DNA from: Candidatus Latescibacterota bacterium
GTDB taxonomy: Bacteria; Latescibacterota; UBA2968; GCA-2709665
Length of the DNA stretch: 64,000 nt
Direction: 5' to 3'
Assembly: GCA_965219995.1 (NCBI GenBank)
Contig: CBDCOX010000002.1
Span: forward strand, 576,001 to 640,000
Shown here: piece after piece, positions 50,475 to 59,066 of the stretch
Position numbering within the stretch: the stretch's first letter is position 1
How the letters are laid out: every line of letters starts with the position of its first letter
The notes under the pieces: model-generated
Databases searched by the model: none
Seen by the model: the letters and a program-made list of their open reading frames with translations, nothing else
Told to the model about the DNA's origin: nothing
Made by a program: the position numbers and the translations under genes

Positions 50475-51632
50475 ATGTCCAAACGCGACTATTATGAGGT
50501 CCTCGGACTGCAACGGGAAGCATCCGAGAACGAGATCAAAAAAGCCTATCGCAAACAGGCGATGAAATTTCACCCCGATCGGAACGCCGGCGATGAGGAG
50601 GCCGCGGCCAGTTTCAAGGAGGCCGCCGAGGCGTACGAGGTCCTGAGCGATGCCCAGAAACGCCGGGTGTACGACCAGTATGGGCATGCGGGCCTGGGCG
50701 GCCCGTTCCAGGGCGGTGGATTTCAATGGTCCGACTTCACGCATGCGACCGACTTCGAGGATATTTTCTCCAACCTCGACGACGTGTTCGGAGGCGGGAT
50801 TCTGGGCGATCTGTTCGGCCGTCGCGGCGGCCGGCGGGGCCCTCAGCGCGGGGAAGACCTCCGCATTCCGCTCCGGCTGACCCTCGAGGAGATTGCGTCC
50901 GGCGTCCAGAAGAAGATCCGGTTCGCCCGGATGGACCGGTGCGACACATGCGGTGGAACCGGGGCCCGGTCCGGGTCGGCCGCCACTACCTGCAGCGTCT
51001 GCAACGGCATGGGGCAGGTGCGCCAGGCCACGCGTTCGCTTTTCGGGCAGTTTGTGAACGTCACCACGTGCCCTCAGTGCAACGGAGAGGGCAGGGTGAT
51101 CGGCGACCGTTGCTTCGACTGCGGGGGCGACGGCAGGGCGAAGAAGACCGTCAGTCTGTCCGTGAACATACCGGCGGGCGTCACCGACGGAAACTATATC
51201 CCGTTGCGGGGCCAGGGCAGCGTCGGGCCGCGGGACGGCGAAGCCGGCGACTGCATGGTGCTGATCGAAGAGGAGGAGCACGAGTATTTCGAACGGCATG
51301 GCAACGATATTCTCTATGAGTTGCCGATCAGTTTCAGCCAGGCGGCGCTCGGCGCCGAGGTCACTGTGCCCACGTTGAGCAGCAGGGCGGAAATGAAGAT
51401 ACCTCCGGGAACGCAGTCCGGGCAGGTCTTTCGTCTGAAGGGCAAGGGGATCCCCGAGTTGAACGGGTATCGGACCGGAGACCAGCTCGTACGCGTGATG
51501 GTCTGGACCCCCGCCCGTCTCAATGAGGAAGAGAAGACGTTGTTCAGGCAACTCGCCGAACTCGAGAATATCCAGCCGCCCGAGGGCGGCAAGGGGATAT
51601 TCGAACGCATGAAGGAGGCGTTTGGCGGGTAA
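50475..51632 (+). CDS. dnaJ: Chaperone DnaJ
   Basis: J-domain with HPD, G/F region, four CxxCxGxG zinc repeats. Confidence 0.97.
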   Translation: MSKRDYYEVLGLQREASENEIKKAYRKQAMKFHPDRNAGDEEAAASFKEAAEAYEVLSDAQKRRVYDQYGHAGLGGPFQGGGFQWSDFTHATDFEDIFSNLDDVFGGGILGDLFGRRGGRRGPQRGEDLRIPLRLTLEEIASGVQKKIRFARMDRCDTCGGTGARSGSAATTCSVCNGMGQVRQATRSLFGQFVNVTTCPQCNGEGRVIGDRCFDCGGDGRAKKTVSLSVNIPAGVTDGNYIPLRGQGSVGPRDGEAGDCMVLIEEEEHEYFERHGNDILYELPISFSQAALGAEVTVPTLSSRAEMKIPPGTQSGQVFRLKGKGIPELNGYRTGDQLVRVMVWTPARLNEEEKTLFRQLAELENIQPPEGGKGIFERMKEAFGG

Positions 51633-51707
51633 GGCAAGGTTCGCGCGGGCGCCGGACTCTGCAGCCGGGGACGTCGGACCCGCTGTCATTGGATCGTCGA
51701 ATCTACT

Positions 51708-53144
51708 TCAGGTCAGCCCTGGAAACAGGGGCTGGCCTTTTCTGATCTCAACCCTCGAGAAACCGGTTTCGATTCGTTCAGCCGTGCCCGGGAGAAAGGG
51801 TCTCAGGACCCATGAAATGGCGCGGACCGATCCCACCCAGGCCGAGAGGTGTTGTTCGAGCTTCCCGGCCCTTTGCCCTTTCAGAAGTTCCCATGGGCGT
51901 ACCGCGTCGATTTCACGGTTCATGTCGTCCACGCGCCCCCAGACTGTCTTGAGGGCCCCGGCAAAGTCGAAACGGTCCAGCGCGTCCGTCACGTCCGGCG
52001 GAACCCGGAATTCGGGCGTTGCCGCCCGACCGTAACCGCACCTTTCGCAGAGAGATTCGAGCCGTCGCACGAGATTGCCCAGGCCGTTCGCCAGGTCGGT
52101 TCTGTAGATTTGCCGAAGTCCGGCTTCGGAGACGTCACTGTCTCCTCCGGAACGGACGGCGCGCAGGAGGTAGTAGCGGACGGCGTCAGGGCCGTATCGC
52201 CGGATCAGCGGGAATGGATCCACGGCGTTGTCCAGCGACTTGCCGATCTTGCGGCCTTCAACGGTCAGATGGCCGTGGACGAAGACGGCCCGGGGCAGCG
52301 GCAGGCCGGCTGAGAGCAGCATGGCGGGCCAGTAGACGGCGTGGAATTTGAGGATGTCCTTTCCGATGACGTGGACCTTGTCGGGACAGTCACGCCAGTA
52401 GCGTCCGAAATCTCCACTGTCCGAGCCGTAGCCGAGTCCCGTGAGGTAGTTGGTCAGAGCGTCGAACCAGACGTATACGACCTGGGTCGGATCGCCGGGC
52501 ACGGGCACGCCCCAGCCACCGGACCGATTCCGATTGCGGGAAACGCTGAAGTCCCGCAGGCCCTGCCTGATGAACCCCAGCGCTTCGTTTCTCCGCGTTT
52601 CCGGGAGTATCCGAAGCTCCCCGGATGTGATAAGGTCTTCCAGCGCCTCTTGATAGGAGGACAGGCGGAAGAAATAGTTCGTTTCTTCGACGGTCTCGGG
52701 TTCGACACCGTGAACAGGACACCGACCGTCCGAAAGGTCCCGTTCCAGGTAGAAGTCCTCGCATCCCACGCAATACAGACCGCGGTACTGTTTGAGGAAG
52801 ACGTCCTCCTGCCGGCAGGCCGACCAGAATCGGGATGCGCCGAGGACGTGGGTGTCCGTCGAGGAGCGAATGAAGCGGTCGAACGAGATGTCGAGGGCTT
52901 CGGCGAGGTTTTTGAAGACAGCGGCATTCCGCTCGCAGAGTTGACGCGGCTTCAGGCCTTCCCTGGCGGCGGCCTGCACGTTTTTGAATGCATTTTCGTC
53001 GGTCCCGGTCAGGAAGAACGTGTCGTGGCCCAGAAGCCGGCGCCACCTGGCGATCACGTCGGCCTGTACCAGCTCCAGTGCGAAGCCCAGATGGGGGCGG
53101 GCGTTGACGTAAGGGATGGAAGTCGACACATAGGAAGTCTCCAT
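51708..53144 (-). CDS. metG: Methionine--tRNA ligase, short MetRS1-type with divergent motifs (possible second copy)
   Basis: IPYVNARPHLGF (HIGH), TGTDE, CVGC...CPVH knuckle, YVWFDAL, GKDILKFH, KIGKS (KMSKS), LANGLGNL..R; no C-terminal dimerisation/tRNA-binding appendix. Confidence 0.92.
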   Translation of the reverse strand: METSYVSTSIPYVNARPHLGFALELVQADVIARWRRLLGHDTFFLTGTDENAFKNVQAAAREGLKPRQLCERNAAVFKNLAEALDISFDRFIRSSTDTHVLGASRFWSACRQEDVFLKQYRGLYCVGCEDFYLERDLSDGRCPVHGVEPETVEETNYFFRLSSYQEALEDLITSGELRILPETRRNEALGFIRQGLRDFSVSRNRNRSGGWGVPVPGDPTQVVYVWFDALTNYLTGLGYGSDSGDFGRYWRDCPDKVHVIGKDILKFHAVYWPAMLLSAGLPLPRAVFVHGHLTVEGRKIGKSLDNAVDPFPLIRRYGPDAVRYYLLRAVRSGGDSDVSEAGLRQIYRTDLANGLGNLVRRLESLCERCGYGRAATPEFRVPPDVTDALDRFDFAGALKTVWGRVDDMNREIDAVRPWELLKGQRAGKLEQHLSAWVGSVRAISWVLRPFLPGTAERIETGFSRVEIRKGQPLFPGLT

Positions 53145-53164
53145 GGCATGTCCTTTCCAATTGC

Positions 53165-53201
53165 AAAAAAAACCCACCGCCGATGAATCGGCGGTGGGTT
53201 T
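53165..53201 (-). terminator. Intrinsic terminator (attenuator 3:4 helix) in the metG leader
   Basis: mRNA AAACCCACCGCCGA-UUCA-UCGGCGGUGGG-UUUUUUUU ending about 20 nt before the metG start codon. Confidence 0.88.
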
Positions 53202-53229
53202 GTCGGTTCGAATCTACGTGTGATTCAGT

Positions 53230-53388
53230 TCAGGTCAGGGGATGTTTCGCCGCCGAAGTTCCGGAAGTAAAGGTGGCCATCATGTACATGGGAATATCGA
53301 CGGCGCCAGTCCGCGTCGCGTCGTTCGGTACGGCTGAGGATCGCCGGGGTTTTGGCGATCCGTCATTTGAGAATTGAACAGACGTCAT
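53230..53388 (-). CDS. Putative metG attenuator leader peptide (52 aa, internal MYMM)
   Basis: AGGAG RBS, then MTSVQFSNDGSPKPRRSSAVPNDATRTGAVDIPMYMMATFTSGTSAAKHPLT*, between the promoter and the terminator; below the ORF-track cutoff. Confidence 0.72.
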   Translation of the reverse strand: MTSVQFSNDGSPKPRRSSAVPNDATRTGAVDIPMYMMATFTSGTSAAKHPLT

Positions 53389-53415
53389 TCCAGTCTCCTG
53401 TATTCGGTACGAGAG

Positions 53416-53444
53416 AATATAGAATGCGGGCCACGAATTGTCAA
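53416..53444 (-). promoter_or_regulatory. Sigma70 promoter of leader-metG
   Basis: Minus strand TTGACA (53444-53439), 17 nt, TATATT (53421-53416). Confidence 0.75.
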
Positions 53445-53484
53445 GTCCAGTGGGTTTTGTTGTACAGTCATTCTAGGCGACGTC

Positions 53485-53878
53485 AAAAAGCACCTATCGA
53501 AACGTGGTCATTGAGCTTGTCGAAATGCCCGTATTCCGGAATTCCGTCGACACACACGCCGTCTCGTCATGCCCTTCTGGCCGCAAACGTGCCGCCTTCC
53601 AGGCTCGCGATACGTACCAATCACGCAGCCATCAACCGATGCCGCAGTAGATCCTTCGTCGGCCGGCCTGCCAATAATTCTCTGGCAGGCCGGCTTCCTC
53701 AGGATGACAGTTTTGGCAAACGTGTGACTGAACCGTCTCGCTTTATGGATATTGCAAAACCTGTCATTCTGAGCGCAGCGAAGAATCTCCCGTCTTCTCA
53801 ATCGTCCCGGACACAGCAACGCGGGAAACACATTGGCGCGGACACATCACCGGTTTGACGGCCTCCTCATGATGGCAG
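53485..53878. repeat. Diverged dispersed copy of the mosaic REP-like element at 3998-5166
   Basis: Same module order: ATCGAAACGTGGTCATTGAGCTTGTCGAAATGCCCGTAT ... GTAGATCCTTCGTC ... CTCAGGATGACAG ... TGTCATTCTGAGCGCAGCGAAGAATCTCCCGT ... GCGCGGACAC.TCACCGGTTTG. Confidence 0.9.
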
Positions 53879-54041
53879 TCAGATTGCCGATTCTGCATCT
53901 TACCCTTGTCCTTTTCTCGGTATGGGCTTACATTGACGCAGACGGGAAAACCGGCGGCCGGCATCACGGTTTCCCGATTTCGCGCCTCTACAGGGCGTAG
54001 AATTACTCGTGCGAACACCTTGAAGGAATAGGGGACCGCTT

Positions 54042-55091
54042 GTGCTTTATTGGCTGGGAGAACGATTTGCCGATGTGTACGGGCCCTTACGGCTCTTGAC
54101 GTCCTATCTGTTTCTGGCCGTTCTGGGCACGGCGCTGGCGGGGCTTTTTACATGGCGTCTGCTTCCGAGGCTGTGGATGCGGCTGCCCAAAGACCGGGGC
54201 CGCGCGTACGCCGTCGAGAACGAGCAGAGCCACGGCAAGCCCGTTGGCGCGGGCGTGATCTTCATCCCCATCTATCTGGTCGTGTGTTTGCTGATTCTGC
54301 CGCCGGGTTCCCAGTACTGGCAGATTCTGGGCTGTCTGTTTCTCGCCATGCTGGCCGGTTTCCTTGACGATCGAAGTCCGGGAGGATGGGGCGAGTACCG
54401 CGTGGGAGCCATCGACCTGGGCATTTCCCTGCTTGGCGCAATGGTTATCTGCCAGCTGGAGTCCGTCGAGCTCTGGCTGCCGCTGATGAAGACGCCGGTT
54501 CTGGTTCATCCGTGGATATTCGTGCCCGGAGCCGCGCTATTGATCTGGGTTTCAATCAATGCCACCAACTGTACGGATGGCGTGGACGGGCTGTCGGGCA
54601 GCCTGAGCGTCCTCGCCTTTATCTATCTGGGCGTCATTCTATACGGGATTGTGGGGCACACGGACATTGCCAGGTACCTTCTCGTGCCGCACTATCCCGA
54701 TGGCGCGGTGTGGGCGCTGTTCGCATTTGTCATGGCCGGGTGCCTGGCCGGATATCTGTGGTACAACGCCTATCCCAGCGCCGTGATGATGGGAGACGCG
54801 GGGTCCCGGCCGATGGGTTTCCTGCTCGGTATACTCGTTCTTGCGTGCGGCAATCCGTTTCTGATCGTCGTCGTCGCCAGCGTGGTCCTGGTGAACGGGG
54901 CCACGGGATTGTTGAAAGTGGCGCTGCTCCGGTTTCTGAAGATCGGGATCTTCCAGACGGTTCGATATCCGCTTCACGATCACTTCCGGCACAAGAACGG
55001 CTGGTCGAATACGCACGTACTCGTGCGTTTCATTCTGCTCCAGGCGTTCGTGACGCCGATTCTGCTGGTGCTGCTGGTTAAGATACGATAG
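54042..55091 (+). CDS. mraY: Phospho-N-acetylmuramoyl-pentapeptide transferase (divergent, outside a dcw cluster)
   Basis: MLYWL N-terminus, GFLDD, NATNCTDGVDGL, WYNAYPSAVMMGDAGS, PLHDHF; about 10 TM helices. Confidence 0.85.
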   Translation: MLYWLGERFADVYGPLRLLTSYLFLAVLGTALAGLFTWRLLPRLWMRLPKDRGRAYAVENEQSHGKPVGAGVIFIPIYLVVCLLILPPGSQYWQILGCLFLAMLAGFLDDRSPGGWGEYRVGAIDLGISLLGAMVICQLESVELWLPLMKTPVLVHPWIFVPGAALLIWVSINATNCTDGVDGLSGSLSVLAFIYLGVILYGIVGHTDIARYLLVPHYPDGAVWALFAFVMAGCLAGYLWYNAYPSAVMMGDAGSRPMGFLLGILVLACGNPFLIVVVASVVLVNGATGLLKVALLRFLKIGIFQTVRYPLHDHFRHKNGWSNTHVLVRFILLQAFVTPILLVLLVKIR

Positions 55092-55250
55092 TGACGGGTC
55101 CCCGAAGAGTGTAGGTGTCAGGCATCTAAAAGTCGGGGAGACGTTAGACGTAAGAGGGGAGAGGAAATGAGTGCCCTATGGTTTTTCTGGTCGTTACGAT
55201 AGCGGTAAATTAGCAGGCACGGTTTATGTGACAAACATTGCTGTAAATGT

Positions 55251-55499
55251 CTTCATCTACCCTCTACCCTCTACGTCTCACCGGTTTTATTGCCCCGTCC
55301 AGTTTCATTTTGTGCTGGAGGCATAAAAGTAGAACCAATCGGGCAAGGACGTCATCTAACGTCTTGCGTCTCACGTCTCACCGGTTTTATTGCCCCGTCC
55401 AGTTTCAATTTGTGCTGGAGCCATAAAGGAAAAACCAAACGGGCAAGGACGTCATCTACCGTCTACCCTCTTACGTCTAACCGCTTTTATCTCCCGTCC
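55251..55499. repeat. 100-bp tandem repeat (about 2.5 copies) with internal hairpin and heptamer microrepeats
   Basis: CCG(G/C)TTTTAT recurs at 55281, 55381 and 55481; internal TTTTATTGCC..TCCAG/CTGGAGGCATAAAA inverted repeat; heptamers TCTACCC and ACGTCTC. Confidence 0.88.
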
Positions 55500-55527
55500 C
55501 CGCCATTTGGCGAACCGCGAGGAGTAT

Positions 55528-56898
55528 ATGAACGAAAAAGAGACGCTGAAGCGAAATATCTGTGAGGCGATCGACCGCCGGCGCGGGCAGATCGAGCGGA
55601 TCGGGGACCACATCATGGCCCACCCCGAGACGGGATTCAAGGAAGTAGAAACGTCCAGGCTGGCCGCGAACACGATGGAGGAGTTCGGCATTTCGCATGA
55701 AACCGGACTGGGGATCACGGGCGTAAAGGGGATCCTGCGCGGAGCGAAGCCGGGACCGACCGTTGCCCTGATTGGTGAACTGGACTCGCTGGTGGTGCCG
55801 GACCATCCCATGGCGGATCCGGACACCGGCGCCGCACACGCCTGCGGGCACAACGCGCAGATGGCCGGGCTGCTGGGCGCGATGATGGGGATCGTCGATG
55901 CCGGTGCGGCCGGGCATCTGGCCGGGAACATCGTGTTCTTCGCGGTGCCCGCGGAAGAGTACATCGAAGTCGAGTACCGGATGGGGTTGGTCAGGGAAGG
56001 GAAGCTGGAGTTTCTCGGCGGGAAACCCGAACTCGTCCGGCTCGGTCAGTTCGACGACGTTGACATCGCGGCCATGATCCACACACACAGCGACCCCAAC
56101 ATGAAAAAGGCGGCGGTTTCCGAATCGTGCAACGGGTGTCTGGTGAAAATGGTCCACTTCATCGGCCGGGCCGCGCACGCCGGAGGGGCGCCCCACCGGG
56201 GAATCAACGCCTTGAACGCCGCTCAGATCGCGTTGGCGGCGATTCATGCACAGCGGGAGACGTTCCGGGACAACGACTCGATCCGGGTGCACCCGATCAT
56301 CACAAAGGGCGGAGATATCGTGAACGTGGTGCCCGCGGAGGTCAGGATGGAGACCTACGTACGCGGCAAGACGAACGAAGCGATGCTGGACGCCAACGAA
56401 AAGGTCGACCGGGCGATCCGCGCCGGCGCGATGGCGGTGGGCGCACGGGTGGAGATCGAGACGCTTCCGGGGTACCTGCCTCTTCGGAACGATCCGGCGT
56501 TGAGCGCGATTTTCGAAGCGAATTCGAAGGCGCTGTTCGGCGCGGAGGAAGTACGCGAGGTCTCACATCGAACGGGATCCACGGATATGGGGGATCTTTC
56601 CCATATCATGCCGGCGATCCATCCGTACATGTCCGGAGCGGACGGCGTGGGCCACAGCGCGGACTGGCATATTTCGGACAGGGAGATGGGGTATATCGCG
56701 CCCGCGAAATCGCTGGCGCTGCTGGCCGTGGACCTTCTGCACGGCGACGGCGAGGCGGCGACGGGCCTGCTCCGGGAATTCGAGCCGGCGATGACGAAGG
56801 ACGAATACCTGACGTTTCAGCGGGCGCTGTTCAAGACGGAGAACTTCGACGGGGCGCACGGGGGGAAACCGGAGAGTCAGAATGTCACATCCGAATGA
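55528..56898 (+). CDS. M20D-family amidohydrolase (AbgB-like)
   Basis: HPETGFKE, GELDSL, HACGHN, PAEE, GRAAHAG, GSTDMGDLS; GAGGAG RBS. Confidence 0.9.
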   Translation: MNEKETLKRNICEAIDRRRGQIERIGDHIMAHPETGFKEVETSRLAANTMEEFGISHETGLGITGVKGILRGAKPGPTVALIGELDSLVVPDHPMADPDTGAAHACGHNAQMAGLLGAMMGIVDAGAAGHLAGNIVFFAVPAEEYIEVEYRMGLVREGKLEFLGGKPELVRLGQFDDVDIAAMIHTHSDPNMKKAAVSESCNGCLVKMVHFIGRAAHAGGAPHRGINALNAAQIALAAIHAQRETFRDNDSIRVHPIITKGGDIVNVVPAEVRMETYVRGKTNEAMLDANEKVDRAIRAGAMAVGARVEIETLPGYLPLRNDPALSAIFEANSKALFGAEEVREVSHRTGSTDMGDLSHIMPAIHPYMSGADGVGHSADWHISDREMGYIAPAKSLALLAVDLLHGDGEAATGLLREFEPAMTKDEYLTFQRALFKTENFDGAHGGKPESQNVTSE

Positions 56899-58510
56899 CG
56901 GAAAAATCGGCTGGAACGCGGTGAGCGGGACCGGCGCGGTCGCCGCCGGGGGCGCTGGCGCCGTGGCGGCCGGTATCGAGATTCTCGAACGGGGCGGGAA
57001 TGCGGCCGACGCGGCGGCGGGCACGATTCTCGCGCTGAACGTGACGGACCACGGCGCGTGTTCGATTGGCGGCGAGGTGCCGGTGATCGTCTACGACGCC
57101 CGCAAGAAGGAAGTCAAAACGCTATCGGGGCAGGGCCGGGCGCCGCTTTGCACCGAAGCGATCTCGTGGTACATGAAAAACGGCATTCCTGACAAAGACA
57201 TGAAGATGGCGCCGGTCCCCTCGGTCGTGGACCTGTGCACGACGCTGCTCCGGCAATACGGCACCCTGACGTTCGAGGAGATTGTTGCGCCCACGCTGTC
57301 CATCCTGGACGCCGGCGGGGAACCCTGGCACCCCAGGCTGGCCGTGACGCTGCGAAGACTGGTCGAGGCGGAGCAGGGCGCGCGCGGAAGCCGGGAGGAG
57401 AAGGTGGCCGCCGCGAGCGACCGCTTCTACGGCCGGAACGGGGCCGTGCAGGACGTCGCCGATGATCTGGAAGCGGACTACGTGGAAAAGGGCGGTTTCC
57501 TGCGCAAGGCGGACCTGGCCGCTCACCGGACGCTGATCGAAGACCCCGTTGCGGTCAACTACCGGGGGTACGAGGTGTACAAATGCGGCCCGTGGACGCA
57601 GGGGCCCTATCTTTGCCAGGCGTTGCGTCTGCTGGAGGGATTCGACCTGCAATCCATGGGCCATCTATCCGCGGATTACGTGCACGTGGCAGTTGAAGCG
57701 CTGAAGCTGGCGATGGCCGACAGGGACGCGTATTACGCCGACCCTGACTTCGCCGCCGTTCCGATGGCCGAATTGCTGTCCGACGAATATACCGAAATCC
57801 GCCGTCCGCTGATCGAGTTGGACAATGCGTCTCACGAAGCCCGTCCCGGAGATCCGTATGCGCTGAAACCGCTGCGCGGAAACGGCGTGTTCGAACCGGG
57901 TATCGGGGGAACGACCACCTGCGTGGTCGCGGACCGCTGGGGGAACGTCGTCTCGGCCACCCCCAGCGCGAACGTCTACAGAGGCGAAACCCCTCTCGGC
58001 GGTCGTACCGGGGTGTCGTACGGCAACCGTCTGAGAAGCCTGAATACCACGCCGGGTCATCCCAACTGCATCCAGCCGGGGAAGCGACCGCGCATCACGC
58101 TCACTCCGACGCTCGTGTTGAAGGACGACCGGCCCGTGCTGGCGATCAGCGTCGCCGGCGGCGACCTGCAGGACCAGGCGACGCTCAACCTGCTCCTGGA
58201 CTTCATCGAGTTCGACATGCTGCCCGAGACCGCCGTCCGGGCGCCGCGCTTCGCCACCGCGCATCACGAGGACTCGTTCGATCCGAATCCCGACCGGCCG
58301 GCCACGTTCAAAAGCGTCGGTTCGCTGTCGATCAGCGACCGGGTGAGCCCCGACGTCCGTAACGAACTCGCCCGTCGCGGCCATCGCGTCGAACCGTCAG
58401 GCGGCCCGATTGCGACGCCCGTCATGCTTTTCATCGATCAGGAAAGCGGGCGTTTCCACGCCGCCGGCGACCCCGACGCCGGACGTCACGCAGCGGGATT
58501 GGGAGAATAG
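56882..58510 (+). CDS. Gamma-glutamyltransferase family (Ntn hydrolase)
   Basis: GGNAADAA, SIGGE, GTTTCVVADRWGN (autocleavage Thr), PGKRPRITLTP, AGGDLQDQ. Confidence 0.9.
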   Translation: MSHPNDGKIGWNAVSGTGAVAAGGAGAVAAGIEILERGGNAADAAAGTILALNVTDHGACSIGGEVPVIVYDARKKEVKTLSGQGRAPLCTEAISWYMKNGIPDKDMKMAPVPSVVDLCTTLLRQYGTLTFEEIVAPTLSILDAGGEPWHPRLAVTLRRLVEAEQGARGSREEKVAAASDRFYGRNGAVQDVADDLEADYVEKGGFLRKADLAAHRTLIEDPVAVNYRGYEVYKCGPWTQGPYLCQALRLLEGFDLQSMGHLSADYVHVAVEALKLAMADRDAYYADPDFAAVPMAELLSDEYTEIRRPLIELDNASHEARPGDPYALKPLRGNGVFEPGIGGTTTCVVADRWGNVVSATPSANVYRGETPLGGRTGVSYGNRLRSLNTTPGHPNCIQPGKRPRITLTPTLVLKDDRPVLAISVAGGDLQDQATLNLLLDFIEFDMLPETAVRAPRFATAHHEDSFDPNPDRPATFKSVGSLSISDRVSPDVRNELARRGHRVEPSGGPIATPVMLFIDQESGRFHAAGDPDAGRHAAGLGE

Positions 58511-58547
58511 GACGTCAAGGAAAAATCGCCGTCGCGCGAGCACCAGC

Positions 58548-58574
58548 GTAGGGGCAGGTTTCAAACCTGCCCCT
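58548..58574. repeat. GTAG-type REP palindrome
   Basis: GTAGGGGCAGGTTTCAAACCTGCCCCT: GTAG foot plus hairpin, downstream of the GGT gene. Confidence 0.75.
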
Positions 58575-59066
58575 GTTTTCGTTTGTCCGCAGACTCCGTG
58601 TCCGGCTTGCAGAAGCAGGTTCTTGCGGCCAATCCGCGCTTTCGGACCCCGCTTCTTCCCATGGGCCTTGCTGATAAAATGTCAGCAGGGCTTTTTTTTG
58701 CGTGATTTGGCGAACTCCCACCGGCTGAGACAGAGCCCAAGCAGCAATTCATACTCATGTGCGGTCAATTCCACGCGGCTGCGTGACCTCGCCTCTATGT
58801 AACACCCCTGACGTGAAGTCATCTCAATGAACCTCCGTTAGTACACCGTCGCGTTTTGGTCAGAGGCTGACGCACCCTTCCTGCGCAGGTCTGTAGAACG
58901 ACCTCGCCGGGAATTTTTATTGTTTGACCGAAAAATCACGATAAAGTCACTATATTATGGTCCGGTAGTCACTAAAAAGACATTTCAATGTTGTATATTC
59001 TCATAATAATTATACACCAAATGCGGCTCAAGGGAAACCGGAGACCATCTCGACGGAAGGGATCTT

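Noticed and set aside
53165-53410. T-box or SAM riboswitch upstream of metG
   Set aside because: No T-box UGGNACC antiterminator bulge and no SAM-I core (AUC...GAU, GCAACC) was seen. The leader-ORF model explains the helices better, but an Rfam/Infernal scan was not run.
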